Shown here piece after piece: positions 1 to 11,926 of a DNA stretch of 64,000 nt (its first letter is position 1; the number at the start of each line of letters is the position of its first letter). This DNA is from Haliotis cracherodii (taxonomy: Eukaryota). Location of the stretch: positions 68,634,001-68,698,000 of the forward strand of contig NW_027266275.1 of NCBI RefSeq assembly GCF_022045235.1. The letters are read 5' to 3'. The notes beneath the pieces were generated by a model, which was not told the DNA's origin, did not search any database, and was given only the letters and a program-made list of their open reading frames with translations. A program made the translations under genes and the position numbers.

Positions 1-531
1 TGATGGAGTAATCAATGTTGATACAACAAGACTGCACTTCTGAGTATCAAAAGGAAAATGTAGACTATCAAGATCACATTGACTCTGGAGGTGATCCGCG
101 TAGTACCAGATTACTGATCCAGTGTGTTCCACAGATACAGGCACAGGAATATGGTTGAAAGGTTTCCTTTCTGTAACTGAATTAATGAGCAGTACATCAG
201 GGGTCCAGATTTTATCACCAGACAGGTAAATCAGCCCTGTGTCATTGAAATCTGAGACGTTCCACTTCAAGGTGTCGTCAACCCACTGGAATTTGAACCA
301 CCCACTGGTGGTGATTGATTGTCGCTGTTCATCAATTTCAAGTATCTGTGAATGGACATAGGTAATTCCAATATTGAAAAAACGTTTTCCTGAAAACAGT
401 TCTGGATTGCTGTTGTTAAGCAGATGTTGTAAAAGGCTCCCTTGTTCAGGAAACATGTTCCCGTGAATTTGAACGAACATAGTGGTGAAGAAAACAAATT
501 TCATGAAAACGTTGAACACTTTCACAGGCAT
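1..531 (-). CDS. Divergent nAChR-like Cys-loop receptor subunit, non-alpha (5' part; ORF continues past the left edge)
   Basis: Hand translation from ATG at 531 gives 177 codons with no stop: MPVKVFNVFMKFVFFTTMFVQIHG...SGWFKFQWVDDTLKWNVSDF...IWTPDVLLINS...QSQCDLDSLHFPFDTQKCSLVVSTLITPS. It has a signal peptide, the WxPD motif and a 13-residue Cys-loop. About 55% identical to 8752-9939 by manual alignment of the ECD. Absent from the ORF track because no stop lies in the window. Confidence 0.88.
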   Translation of the reverse strand, partial: MPVKVFNVFMKFVFFTTMFVQIHGNMFPEQGSLLQHLLNNSNPELFSGKRFFNIGITYVHSQILEIDEQRQSITTSGWFKFQWVDDTLKWNVSDFNDTGLIYLSGDKIWTPDVLLINSVTERKPFNHIPVPVSVEHTGSVIWYYADHLQSQCDLDSLHFPFDTQKCSLVVSTLITPS

Positions 532-1109
532 CCTCAACGTGTAATTTCCTCTGCCACGTCTCCCTTTATGGCCGTGTAATAACGGTGATCAGCCTACTGC
601 AACGAGGCTAGAACGAACATTGGAGATAACACATTATATATTCCCACATGACAGCAAACACGATGACAGCTAAACAAGATTTAGATCAATATGGACTGAA
701 TTACAACAGCTTCCGTATATTTGAATACCCCCATGGATGACAAACTGATTTCATGGTTACAAAGTTCGATCGATTTTGTCTTGTATGTCAGTTTGAATGA
801 AACGTTCATGGTATCTGCCTACATGATTTTTGTGTGTCTATTGAGGTGGTTGAAGTATTATGGTGAAAAATGGTCTGGGTACATACAGCAGGCATACACG
901 CACATTTAAACTTATCACCACTGATGCCTGAAATCGCACTTTAAACCTACTAAAGGAAGTAGACTCCACCGATGCTACACCAAATAACCATCCTATAACC
1001 AAAGTGCGCACGTTTGTTTCGTGAGTGTGTAATGGTACAATGGGGAAAAACCTAGTGTTTTTAAACTAAATGTTTATACTTCGATGATTTGATACCTGTA
1101 AAGAAGAAG

Positions 1110-1610
1110 AGGTGTAATCGAGGAGAAAGATCAGGCAGGACGTCTGTTGGGATGTCATGGTCATGTTATAGGTCAGGACCACGGTAAAAGAGAAGAACTG
1201 TCATGTAGAGAGACGCTTTGTCTTCGTATTCTAAAGGCAAAGCAGACATCAGGGACCTGGGACTGGATAGGAGCAAGTTAGGAAATTTTAGGTTGAAAAC
1301 AGAGTATGATGATTGGCGTCTTAGGGTCAAATTTAGAAAAAATGTCAAGGGTACTGTGCATTAATGACAAAGGTTTATCGTCAGTCAGTCAGTCTGTCAC
1401 ATGTATTCGTCGAATTTATGCATACCTGGTGTACATTTTACATTACACGATGGTGTAACCCATGTTGATAAAACAAGATTGCACTTCTGAGAATCAAATG
1501 GAAAATGTATAATATCAAGATCGCATTAATTCTTGAAGAGATCTCCATGCTACCAACTTACTCACCCTGTGTGTACCACAGATAAAAATACAGAATGTTG
1601 ATTGACACTT
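1110..1610 (-). pseudogene. Decayed nAChR-like fragment (Cys-loop to M3)
   Basis: ORF 1166-1348 (LTLRRQSSYSVFNL...LPLEYEDKASLYMTVLL) is a degenerate M1-M2. 1470-1600 is homologous to the Cys-loop/EHTG region, with stops and indels. Confidence 0.8.
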
Positions 1611-1722
1611 CTTATAAGGTTCATCACAACAGCTTCTACATGAAACTCAAAGGATAAGTTTTATTTCTGGTTGTTTCATCATCCACATCCTGGGCCTACC
1701 TGACTGTAAATGAAGTGAACGG

Positions 1723-2700
1723 TCAATGTGTTACTCCGATGAGGACAGCAAAGAGAACGATGCCGAAGATGATGTTCATGAAGAGGAAGACCCCCAGGCA
1801 AATTGCACCATGAGTGGCAGACAGATACTTCCAGCATGGATTCTCTGAGGATTGTTCTCAACATGCACATGGTCATCATCTACATCAGTATCTGGTTATC
1901 TATTTGATGAATAACATTTGAAATAAATAACCAATTTCTGCAACATTAACGGGACCTGTCCTTGTCGCTTGTAGATTTTTAGGATGATAACTGACATTAC
2001 CACAGAGAGGGAACTTAGAGTAAGGAGGATGGTCAGGCAGATGGTGAGGTAGGACGCCTGTCTGGATGTCCTTGGCATGATGTCAGTCATCTGAGTGAGG
2101 AACACACTGAAGGAAAGAAGAACTGTCATTGAGAAAGCCACTTTGTCCCCATATTCTACCGGCAGAGCAAACACCAGAGAACTTAGAGTGGATAGGAGCA
2201 TGATAGGGATCATCAGGTTGAAGACATAGTATGCTGGTCGTCGATTTAGGGTCAGGTTTACCATAAGTCGAGGGTACTCTTCATTACTGTTATTTAATTG
2301 CTATAAACCAGTTCGTTAGTTACATTTTCATCGAATCGATGCATATGTGATATGAACTGTATATTGTCTGATGGCGTAATCAATGTTTATACATCAAGAC
2401 GGCACTTCTGAGTATCAAACGGAAAATGGAGGATATCAAGATCGTATTGGCTCTGGAAGAGGTCCCAGTGATACCAGGTTACTAATCCAGTGTGTTCCAC
2501 AGATACAGGTACAGGAGGCTGATTGAAAAGTGTAACACCTGTGACAGTATTTGTAAGCAGTACATCAGGGGTCCAGATTGTATCACCAGAAAGGTAAATC
2601 GTCTCTGTGCCCTTGAAATCTGAGATCTTCCACTTCAAGGAACATCCACCCATTGTAATTTGAACCATCCACTGGTGGTGGTTGATTGTCGTTGTTCATC
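1723..2700 (-). pseudogene. nAChR-like pseudogene (5'-deleted, in-frame stops)
   Basis: ORF 2387-2668 covers the ECD; the first Cys-loop Cys is changed to Tyr (QSQYDLDILHFPFDTQKC) and a premature TAA follows. ORF 1896-2264 covers M1-M3 with GDK and ends in a premature TAA. M4 (FLFMNIIFGIVLFAVLIGVTH*) ends at ~1723. Homology stops at ~2700. Confidence 0.88.
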
Positions 2701-4389
2701 ACGAAAGTGATGAGTCAGCTGAGGTGAATCACGAAGGATCATTCCATTGGATACTTCCATCATAATGGACATTGTTGAATGACATAGCAAACACAATTAG
2801 GTTTTACATAAGTAACACTGAGTTACACGAAGCGGCCACATATCCCATACTGAGTTGGAAATTTCGAATTTACTAGAACGATAATGTCTCCCTTGACTGA
2901 ACAATGATTAGAATATAGTTATAGTGTTTGCACATTGTCTAGGATGTATTACGAACAATATCGATTTCTGTGTAAAAGCTACGACCAATGTTCAAACAAA
3001 TATATACATTGCACCATTAGCACATAGTCAGATCAGCAGTGTAAACCATCTGTCACAGTTGAGCCCTTTATTGTAAAATGATCAGTTGAATTTACCGATG
3101 CAGATGAAATGCGATGGCAGTTAATTCCATCAAGGTTATAAGTAGCTATCACATGTATGGTAAGGGACACCCGACATGATGTAGAATTGTTAGTCTGTCA
3201 CAGAATATCGTTACATTCATAATATATGCTAAACAATCCTGCATTATATTGTTGAATGAATTACAGCTTTGATACCAAGGTTCTGAAGAAACATTTAAGC
3301 CTGTCATAATACACATTACACTAACTAGCAATATACCCCCCTTTTTTAAAAACTAGTTTGGGAAATTTAATAGAAGAAATTATTACATAGATCGGTATGT
3401 CCTGCCCCAGCAGGATTAACAACACCGTTGGTGATAGTTAGCCAAACATTAAAATTTAACAATCTACTGAGTTTATAACAGCGGTAGATATATCTTCGAA
3501 TGACATGGACCAGGACACATCCTCCAACAGTCTCAGTTAATAATCATGCTGCTGCCAATTTAGTATAATAAACTCTGTACTCAACTGAGTCAATCCTTAA
3601 AAAAAACCCAAATAATTAAATGAGAGCTTATATTATTTAAAAAAGTCCTTTATGGATGAAACTGTGAAATAGTAATCGCTTGTGAAAATTCAACAAAGTC
3701 GAGCAGGACATACTTTACTGTGATTCTCGCTTCACAAAGGATACATAACTGAGGATCCTCACTATGTAATAAATATATGTGTGTTTTGAACAAGGGCATA
3801 TGTTCTCTTGCTACTAACATACATATACATAAGCGCGTTCCTGAATAGATAGGTATCTGTGAGTGTTGTTAAACATTCATGTAATGCCTTTTGCTGTGAC
3901 GTGTGAGCAGCATGTTTTGGCATTTAACAGTTGTAAAAAGTACAGAACGTAACTGACTGTTGTACGTACTGTAACTGAATTACACTGAATGAGGTGCTTG
4001 GAACCACACTTTTGTCTCGTTGCTCTTGCTTTGACAGAAGTATTGGAAGTTGCCAGCTGGAGGTGTATTGTAACAAAATCAACAATATGCTGCTGAAAGA
4101 GTAGACGTTTCTTACTGATTGTTATTATTTTAACCACTAGGCACCCGACCGCTCCTTGAAAAAGTGACACATATGGATTATAGGACTAATGATATTAATC
4201 CAATTTCTGACTATGTATATTTTATTATTAATTGTGTACAAATTGTGGTACAATGTTATACCGAGAGATCCATTCGTCAATTCGTTCTTTTCACTGGCTC
4301 AGAGTATTCCAAATATGTATGGGGAGGATAATGGTTCAAGGAATGGAGGAATTGGTAACAGGTACAGAACAGAACGTTTCAGTTCCTCA

Positions 4390-4660
4390 CAGCGACGGTG
4401 AGACCGCCTCATCTGTTTCTTATTTATATCTATGCATAAAGATTCAGAATGACAAAAAAATATCCAAGATTGTAATGCCAATACGCAACTTTCCCATAAT
4501 TTCGAGCAATACTTAAAATGCACCAGCCTATGGTGTCAATATTTTACAACTTTTTCAATACAATCAAGTATGCTGATTTTAAAATTTCGAAGAGCGTCCT
4601 TTGACCCAAGCACAAAAGCTGTTTAATCAGGATTACAGTAGGTCTTTCAGAATGTTTTAT
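4390..4660 (+). mobile_element. Penelope-like element RT fragment
   Basis: Reads ETASSVSYLYLCIKIQNDK...NFPIISSN...APAYGV. Same family as 38190-39010; matches the SYLDL...NFP..SNIP.APAYGV motif of PLE RT C-termini. Confidence 0.6.
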
Positions 4661-4844
4661 AGTTGACAGCTGTACGTTTGTCTCTTTTACTTACAACGTT
4701 GCTATTTGTTGTAGCACTACTGAGTGATGTACACACGATACCTGCATCAATCTCCTACTCAGACTGCTCTCAGTGAACATGCTAATTTGTGGTACAAATT
4801 TCCCGGTAGCGATGTCACACATGAATAATAATAATGATAATAAT

Positions 4845-5195
4845 AATTGAATTTTCCGTCCCTTTTGACACCAGTGTGATTGACAAGATTTGGGAAAAAC
4901 ATGGCAAATATGCGGTCCTCGCCTTTGAAATTTCATGCTTGCATCCCAAGTACCAAGTTGTCCGACTCCCTATTGTTCCCGGTGGCTTAGGTTTGGTACC
5001 TCCCAATCTGTTGACTGACATTGGGAGAGTGGTTGGGTTTGCTACCAGGAATACAGCTTGCCTGACAATCCTGGTAATGCAGAAGGCTGCATTGTTGGGG
5101 AGTCTTCACATTCTCCGAAAAGTTCTGGTTGGTTTTGACAAGGCAGACCTTGCTGGGACTTCAGACTTTGCATGATCAGCTCCCGAAGCCTTGCA
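4845..5195 (+). mobile_element. 3' fragment of RLE-type non-LTR retrotransposon (R4/Dong-like)
   Basis: ORF 4834-5175: IEFSVPFD...EKHGKYAVLAFEI...PIVPGGLGLV...MQKAALLGSLHILRKVL, the C-terminal restriction-like endonuclease pattern. It directly follows an (AAT)n tract at 4824-4846. Confidence 0.72.
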
Positions 5196-6860
5196 TAATC
5201 ATGGGCGATTTAAACGCGCATAATCCCCTATGGGGGAGAACTGAAAAATAATATGTGAAAGGTCCTTGAAGATTTTATCTAAAAAAATCATTATTGCATC
5301 TTCGATCGATCTTAAGCATATACTATGCACCTGATCTTTCACTTTCAGATTTAAATATTTTAAACGATATTGAATGGCCAGTCCATGTTGACCTTTGTGG
5401 AAGTGACAGTTTCCCAACAAATGTACTGATGAACCACCTTCAATAAGATGGAACTTTATAAAGGCCAAGTGATCTTTATTACACTATGTACTGAGAAACT
5501 ACAACCTGACAATTTCAGGAATATTTCTGATCCTATACAACTTTTTCAGACCAATGAAGTGCTACTGGAGACGGAAGCTTTCCTGGTGTCACTGGAAACC
5601 CTCATATTCGTTCACTAATGATTGTAAACAAGCGGCTATGCTTGTCGTAAGAGGCGACTAACGGGATAGGGTGGTCAGGCTCGCAGACTTGGTTGATGCA
5701 TGTCATCGTATCCCAATTGCGTAGATCGATGTTCATGGTGTCTGGATTGTTTGGTTCAGGCTCGATTATTTACAGACTGTCGTCATATAGCTGGAATTTT
5801 GCTGAGCGCGGCGAAACAAACCAAACAACAAAAAGTTAGAAAAATAGGAATATAGCTGAGAAATATTTCCGCCGACATACTACCGTGCACAACCTGAATT
5901 ATGTTTACATCACAAGTGCCAAGGCGAGACATCCTGGAGGAACGATGTATCTTAAATCAATACCCGCACACCCGTGTCCAAGGCGTGGACCATGTTTCAA
6001 ACGATTAAGTGCAAAGGATCACAATCTGAAGTTCACATCTCGAAGATGGCAATACACTATTAATTATTGAATCGGAAATTACCAACAAATCTTTGCAGCA
6101 TTCAGTTTCAGAGATACCAAAAACAACAGGAAAATAAAGGGGTGAATTATGACTCTGATAATGGTCAGGACTAAAATGAAACGTTATTACTCCAGGAATT
6201 GCATACTGTCGTAGGGCACAGTGACTCAGCAGCAGGAGTCGACAACTTTCATTATCAGCTCCTAAAACACTTTCCTGACTTTACTTTACATATTTGATGA
6301 AATATGGACAAATGGATATTTTCCTACTTCGTGGCATAATACTATTATCATACGTATACCTACGACTGGTCGGATCATACGGATCCATCCAATTACAGTC
6401 CCATATCATTAACTAGCTGTATTTGTAAAACCATGGAGCGCAAGGTCAATAATTGATTAGTCTGGTACTTAGATAACAAAAACCTCCAGAGTACCATCCA
6501 GTGTGGTTTCCCGAAAAAGACAGAAGTACCATTGATCATTTGGTGCTTTTAGAATCATCAATTTTTTTTAAAATTTCTGTGGTCAACAAACAACATACTG
6601 TGTCAACCTCTTTCGATTGTGTTGTATTGGCCACAGTCGACCACAGTCAGGTTACTCACAAGTATCTGCTGAGATGCGGACGAACCTCCTAAGTGTATCC
6701 CTTGTGATGAAAGGTTCACTGTCAAGCGTACCCTGCTTGACTGTGGATTTACATTATCAAACAGTAAATCTGAAAGATCTGTTACCTGTGTGCGCGGGCA
6801 TCTCACCCAAAGCTACTGGAAAAAAATTGGTCTGTCATAAATTTGAAATAATAATGTATG
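5196..6860 (+). mobile_element. Decayed, internally deleted I-group (I/Nimb-like) LINE
   Basis: APE motif IMGDLNAHNPLWG at ~5198. RT N-terminal motifs: FPTSW, DPSNYSPISLTSCICKTMER, QCGF..RSTIDHLVLLE. C-terminal IGHSR..HKYLL..CIPC zinc-knuckle region. Many frameshifts. Confidence 0.8.
5636..5830 (+). mobile_element. SINE family 1 copy nested in the LINE
   Basis: Shares cttgtcgtaagaggcgactaacggga...tagctggaat.ttgctgag.gcggcg and an (AAC)n-like tail with many other copies in the window. Confidence 0.8.
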
Positions 6861-7334
6861 TGAATAACTTATTGCTTGTTTTTATATTTGGTGCGATTCT
6901 TTTCTCAACAGAGATCACTTAATGCTCTGCCCAGGAGGTTAAAGTACCGTAAAATGATTGTCCCAATGTGTGACACATAATTCCTGTCATAATGGATGTA
7001 ACTATCATCAACCAGTGGTTCCAACCAACTCATTGCAAATTCTGCTGAGGTATTGTGCAGGAAGCTTAGCCACCGTATGTCCCAATGATCCTCAGCGGGG
7101 TGGCCAAGCTTTGGTTGCTGGTGGTTTATAACCCGTGTTTTAAACTGTTATGCTAAAAGAGTTTTAGCAAATTTACCTTTAATTATAACTATTTATTAAT
7201 GACGCACTTGTTTTTTTTATAGAAAATGCGAAACAATGAAAACCATGTGCCGCATTGGGCAGTCGAAACAAGAGGTGCAATAAGGATATATATATCTGAC
7301 GGCATATCAGACACTCAAACTGATAAAAAACACA

Positions 7335-7970
7335 CCAAGAGACCACGACTGATATCTGAACAACGCGAGCAGGCCCTGGGTATGATACAGATGGGAACTA
7401 CCCTTGCCCCTATATTCCTTGAACGTTTGGTTGCTCCCGTTTTACTGTATCTAACCTGATGCAATGTTACAGACAGACCGGGAAGACATCAGACAGACAA
7501 AGAACAGGCAGACCAAAGGTAACTACGCCCAATGAAGACCGATACTTGCGTACTTTGTATCTCTGGAATCGATTTCCGACAGTGATGTCATCAGCGACGA
7601 AAGCCGCAGGGCATATGGTTAGTCGACAGACAGTGGCCAGGCGACCCAGGGCTCAAGGAATTAGGGCTTACAGACTTTAAAGAGGACAGCTATTGACGGC
7701 GCAACATCGTCGACAGAGATTCAGAAGAGCCCAGACTATACGTCGTTGGCAGCGAAATGACTGGCAGAGGGTCGTCTTCACTGAAATAAGCTGGTTAATC
7801 TGTTCAGAGCTGATGAAGACAGCGTTTTTACTGCCGATCGGGCGGCATGTTGCGCTCAGGAGGTCGTGCTCTATGGTGTTATGGTGCGGGGAGCAATGGT
7901 GTGGGTAGGAGAGAACACCTCTGGTCGTCGTCAAGGAAAATTTTACAGCTCAGACATTCTCCGTCCAAAA
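7335..7970 (+). mobile_element. Tc1-like transposase remnant
   Basis: PRLISEQREQALGM..., YRQTGKTSDRQRTGRPKVTTPNEDRYLR (HTH and GRPR-like motif), VSRQTVARR and WQRVVFTE (first D of DDE, degenerate). Frameshifted. Confidence 0.85.
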
Positions 7971-7972
7971 GC

Positions 7973-8070
7973 CCAGCAAGCGTTTTCCCGTGAATTTTTA
8001 CGAGAATAATAGTGCCGAGAAAAATGCTCGTGACGCGTTTGAACACTTTCACAACCATTTACTCTGACTC
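7973..8070 (-). pseudogene. Isolated 5' end (start and signal peptide) of another nAChR-like copy
   Basis: ATG at 8058: MVVKVFKRVTSIFLGTIILVKIHGKTLAG, near-identical to the N-terminus of 8752-9939 and with the same 5' context (gagtcagag). It then runs into the Tc1 remnant. Confidence 0.8.
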
Positions 8071-8751
8071 CCAAAACAAATGAATGAATGTTGTTGAAAA
8101 TTGTCTTCTACAAAAGTACATGCGCAGAAATCTCAGCTTTCAGGGGATACTTCGAACTAAAATGTCACGAAATATTACTGCAGCTATCAGATATGCCCAG
8201 GTTAACTTTATTTACAAGAAACCAAACATGAACAAAACTTGCATCTGAATACCTTTCGGAAACCTTCCGGAAACCTTCCGGATATCTTCAGTCTTCTTGG
8301 TAATTTTCAAAAATAGTTTTTATGTGTTTCACACTAAATTGAACAAAAAAGGTTTCCGGAATATTTCCAGGTAGGATTCAAAGTGGGAAGGTATCTGGAA
8401 GGTTTCCGGAAAACGGACACCTACCCTTTTTTGCTATTTACAATAATTGTTCATATGAATAAGCTCCAGTGATCACTTAATCGGAGATTCCATAAACATA
8501 CACAAGGTTCCATTGAATTCTAACATGGTTTAAGGCGAGATCAAAAGTTTGTGCCGTTGATTGTCAAGCACCGACACGTTTGGAATCAGTCTGCGAGACG
8601 TATCCCATGTGCTTGTCAAGGGATATTAACTCTGTCTACAAATACAAACCTAAGAATTCTCATCTAGATGTAATAGGAAGAAGCTCGTCTCATGATAAAA
8701 TCAACTCCAGGGAACCAAAGGTTACCCTGTTGTATGAAACTGTAAAGCCAG

Positions 8752-9939
8752 TCAACAGTCAATTTGTAATACTATGAGTACAGTGAAGAGAACGATGCCG
8801 AGACTGATATTCATGAAGAGGAATAACCTCAGACACATGGCTTCAAGCGTGGCAGACACATCCATCCAGGATGGATCCTCTGTGCTCACCTTGGCATCTG
8901 CATGATCTTGATCTACAGCACCTGTCTGCTTTTTATTTGACGAATAACATTTCCAGAGAACAACCCATTTCTGCAGCACTTTGGGCACCTTTCCTTGACG
9001 CTTGTAGATCCTGAGAATGAGGATCATCATGGCCACAGAGAGGGAGCTTAGGGTGAGCATAGCGGTCAGGTAGATGGTGAGGTAGGACGTCTGTCGGGAC
9101 GTTTTTGGCATGTCTGTGGTCATCTGAGTCAGGAACACGCCGAAGGAGAGTAGAACCGTCATGGATAGAGCCACTTTGTCACCGTACTCTATTGGCAGAG
9201 CAAACACCAAGGAGCTGAGAAGAGATAGAAGTGTGATGGGGATTATCAGGTTGTAGACGTAATATGATGGTCGGCGTTTCAGGGTCAGTTCTACAATTAG
9301 TCGAGGGTACTCATGTTCCTTTAGAAATGTTGTTATATTTCTTAATTGCCATAATCCATTCCCACCCGTAGTATAGGTATCCAATTGATGCGGAAGTGGT
9401 GTTAACTTGACTTTGTCCGACGATGAAACCCATGTTGATAGAACATGATTACAAATCTGAGAATCAAGCGGAAAATGGACAATATCAAAGTCGCACTGAC
9501 TCTGGAAGAGATCACCGTGGTCCCATTCTACTAATCCAGTGTGTTCCACACATACAGGTACTTGTTGGTGATTGAAAAGCTTCATTCCCGTGACGGAATT
9601 TAAGAGCACCAAATCAGGGGTCCAGATTGTTTGACTAGACAGATATATTTTCTCTGTACCATTGAAATCTGTAACGTTCCACTTTAAGGAATCATCAACC
9701 CACTGGAACGTGAACCATCCACTGGTGGAGAATGATTGTCGCCGTTCATCAAGTTCAACTATTTGGGATAGGGAAAAATATATTCCAATATCCAACACTT
9801 CATTTGTTTGAAAAACCTCTTGATTGTAGCTTTCAAGAAGGTGTTTTGAAAGTTCCCCTTGTCCAGCAAGCGTCATCCCGTAAACTTGTACGAGAACAAT
9901 AGTGCCGAGAAAAATGCTCGTGAACACTTTCACAGCCAT
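8752..9939 (-). CDS. Intronless nAChR-like Cys-loop ligand-gated ion channel subunit, non-alpha (copy A, 395 aa)
   Basis: Signal peptide; WVDDSLKW and IWTPDL motifs; Cys-loop CDFDIVHFPLDSQIC; LKRRP followed by M1; GDK-M2 (VALSMTVLLSFGVFL); M3; short intracellular loop; M4. No vicinal CC in loop C. Confidence 0.96.
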   Translation of the reverse strand: MAVKVFTSIFLGTIVLVQVYGMTLAGQGELSKHLLESYNQEVFQTNEVLDIGIYFSLSQIVELDERRQSFSTSGWFTFQWVDDSLKWNVTDFNGTEKIYLSSQTIWTPDLVLLNSVTGMKLFNHQQVPVCVEHTGLVEWDHGDLFQSQCDFDIVHFPLDSQICNHVLSTWVSSSDKVKLTPLPHQLDTYTTGGNGLWQLRNITTFLKEHEYPRLIVELTLKRRPSYYVYNLIIPITLLSLLSSLVFALPIEYGDKVALSMTVLLSFGVFLTQMTTDMPKTSRQTSYLTIYLTAMLTLSSLSVAMMILILRIYKRQGKVPKVLQKWVVLWKCYSSNKKQTGAVDQDHADAKVSTEDPSWMDVSATLEAMCLRLFLFMNISLGIVLFTVLIVLQIDC

Positions 9940-10061
9940 TTCCTCTGACTCGTCTCCCTTGTCTGAACAGTGGTGACTAGAAGCTCATAATAAAGGTGAT
10001 CGATCGGTTTATGTAAGTCATGAAAGAGTGTTGAAGATAACGCTCTAAACACTTCCATTAA

Positions 10062-11926
10062 CCCCCTAGATTCCACAGGGACATATGTATCCCTTCTCAT
10101 CAACCCTCACTTGGAAGTCGAATAAAATTCAACATACATCATTCACACAATTCACAGTTGTAAATTCTGAGGCAAATTATCTGTTCTGTGATATGACGAA
10201 CGAAGCAAATTTATTGAAAATGAATGAAATTCCAAAAATAGGATATTAATGATCACGGGTATCTGTCATGTATTTAATCACCAAAGATCATTACGAAACG
10301 TCAACGTCGAGTGGTTTCGAAATTATGCAAACACTAAATCCGAAGAGAACTTTCCGCAACATGGGATAGTGTTTATAAAATCCATTTTCACGTGAGCCGG
10401 TTATATCGTCACCGGTCTTAGTCTTAGACCTAGTTTAACCATCCAATCTAACCTGTTTCACTATTACAATAGCACAGTCACTCTTGCGCTTGCCTTCCCT
10501 ATTGTTTCTCTGGTCTCTATTGTCTCACCCAAGCCCCTTACTTTCAGTGACAGGGTGCATTATGGGACTGGTCAGTTTGAATTTACACTTGTAATTGACT
10601 TTGTATGGAGACAAGTTCTCAGTTCATCGCTGAAATATTTCAGTCAACTGTCACAGGTGTGTCCCGGTAAATCTAATGATGTATGATGTTGTGACATCAT
10701 AAGGCACATACACCTGGGCCTCTGTTCATTAATTCAATTGAATTAAAAAACGGTCATCTACAAATCAACCTGCGTTTAGTGATTCATTCACCTAAACCAC
10801 ATATCCCTCACATCAACCCTCACATGGAAGTCGAATAAAATTCAAAATACATCATTCACACAATTCACAGTTGTGAATTCTGAGGCAAATTATCTGTTGT
10901 GTTATGACGAACGAAGCAAATTTATTGAAAATGAATGCAATTACAAAAATAGGATATTAATGATCACGCAAACACTAACTCCGAAGAGAACTTTCCGCTA
11001 TGTGGGATAGTTTTATAAAATCCTTTTTCACGTGAGCCGGTTATATCGTCGCCGGTTATTACATCTCATGTATATGAGACGAAGAAAAATAAACACATGA
11101 TAATGAACAAACACAAGGCAAATATTAAAAATATGTTTGCTTGTTTTGAAATAGTCTGTGTTTTTGTTTTTGTTTTTGTCAGTGGGTCAATCTGAAGACT
11201 AATTTACCCTCTAGTTAGGGACATCGCTTTCCCCTTTACTTCCCTTTTTATGTAGTACGATTTCATCATTTCTTTCGATTTTTTACAATACCTAAACGTT
11301 CACAGTTTCATTATCGATGTCTGTGTTCCGTATAGGTTGGTACATAGTAAACACAGAAAATACAAAACCTTATTGTTTTGATCCACAGCAAACTCTCATC
11401 TGAGTTCGAATGGACTAGTTCCAAGCATAGCAGGGTTGTGCCCCTTTTTATTTGTGCTTGTGTATACCTGTCTGTCGTCTTTTGACGTCATAGCTGAAAA
11501 TCGATTTTCTTCCTTTATGGCAATCTTTTTTTCGAATCGAATGTACAACGTCCAACATAAGCGTACACATCCATTTCATTTATCATCATGTCGTTCAGAC
11601 ATTAGGCAGTATATTTTCAGGTCACAGTTTCCATCAAGGTATTAAATAAAAATAAAATCATTGGAAAGTAATTTTATTGGTATTCGATAAGAAGTGGCGA
11701 AATTAGCTGGATTATTTTACGTATAACAAACTCTCGTGCAAAACTTAGCACTGTCTGTTTTCAAACCAGTTCATTTTTGAATCAACAAAATGGAAATTTA
11801 ATATTCTACATCCCTGCGTCATTTTATAGTCGGATGTAGACCCAGTAAACCGAATTTTCTTAACAACGACCACTTTTCAAATCTCAGGAAAATGTGCGCC
11901 AGAAAAATTACTCGGCATCCAGGGGG
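10062..11926. mobile_element. piggyBac-like non-autonomous element upstream of copy A
   Basis: TTAA|ccccctagattcc ... ggcatccaggggg|TTAA: TTAA target duplication and CCCC termini. Contains an internal duplication (10795-11060 repeats ~10085-10410). Confidence 0.75.

Noticed and set aside
267-497. ORF-track 76-aa ORF, and the plus-strand ORFs at 8580-8777, 18359-18604 and 29126-29311
   Set aside because: Alternate-frame or antisense shadows of the receptor genes and their 3' flanks.
8255-8428. ggaaaccttccgga repeats and their inverse downstream of each receptor
   Set aside because: Probably one end of a decayed DNA transposon carried in the duplicated unit. The other end and TSD could not be found, so it was not annotated.
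8752-9939. Calling the receptors nAChR alpha subunits or AChBP, or giving a CHRN gene symbol
   Set aside because: There are no vicinal loop-C cysteines (not alpha) and four TM helices are present (not AChBP). Orthology cannot be set without a tree.
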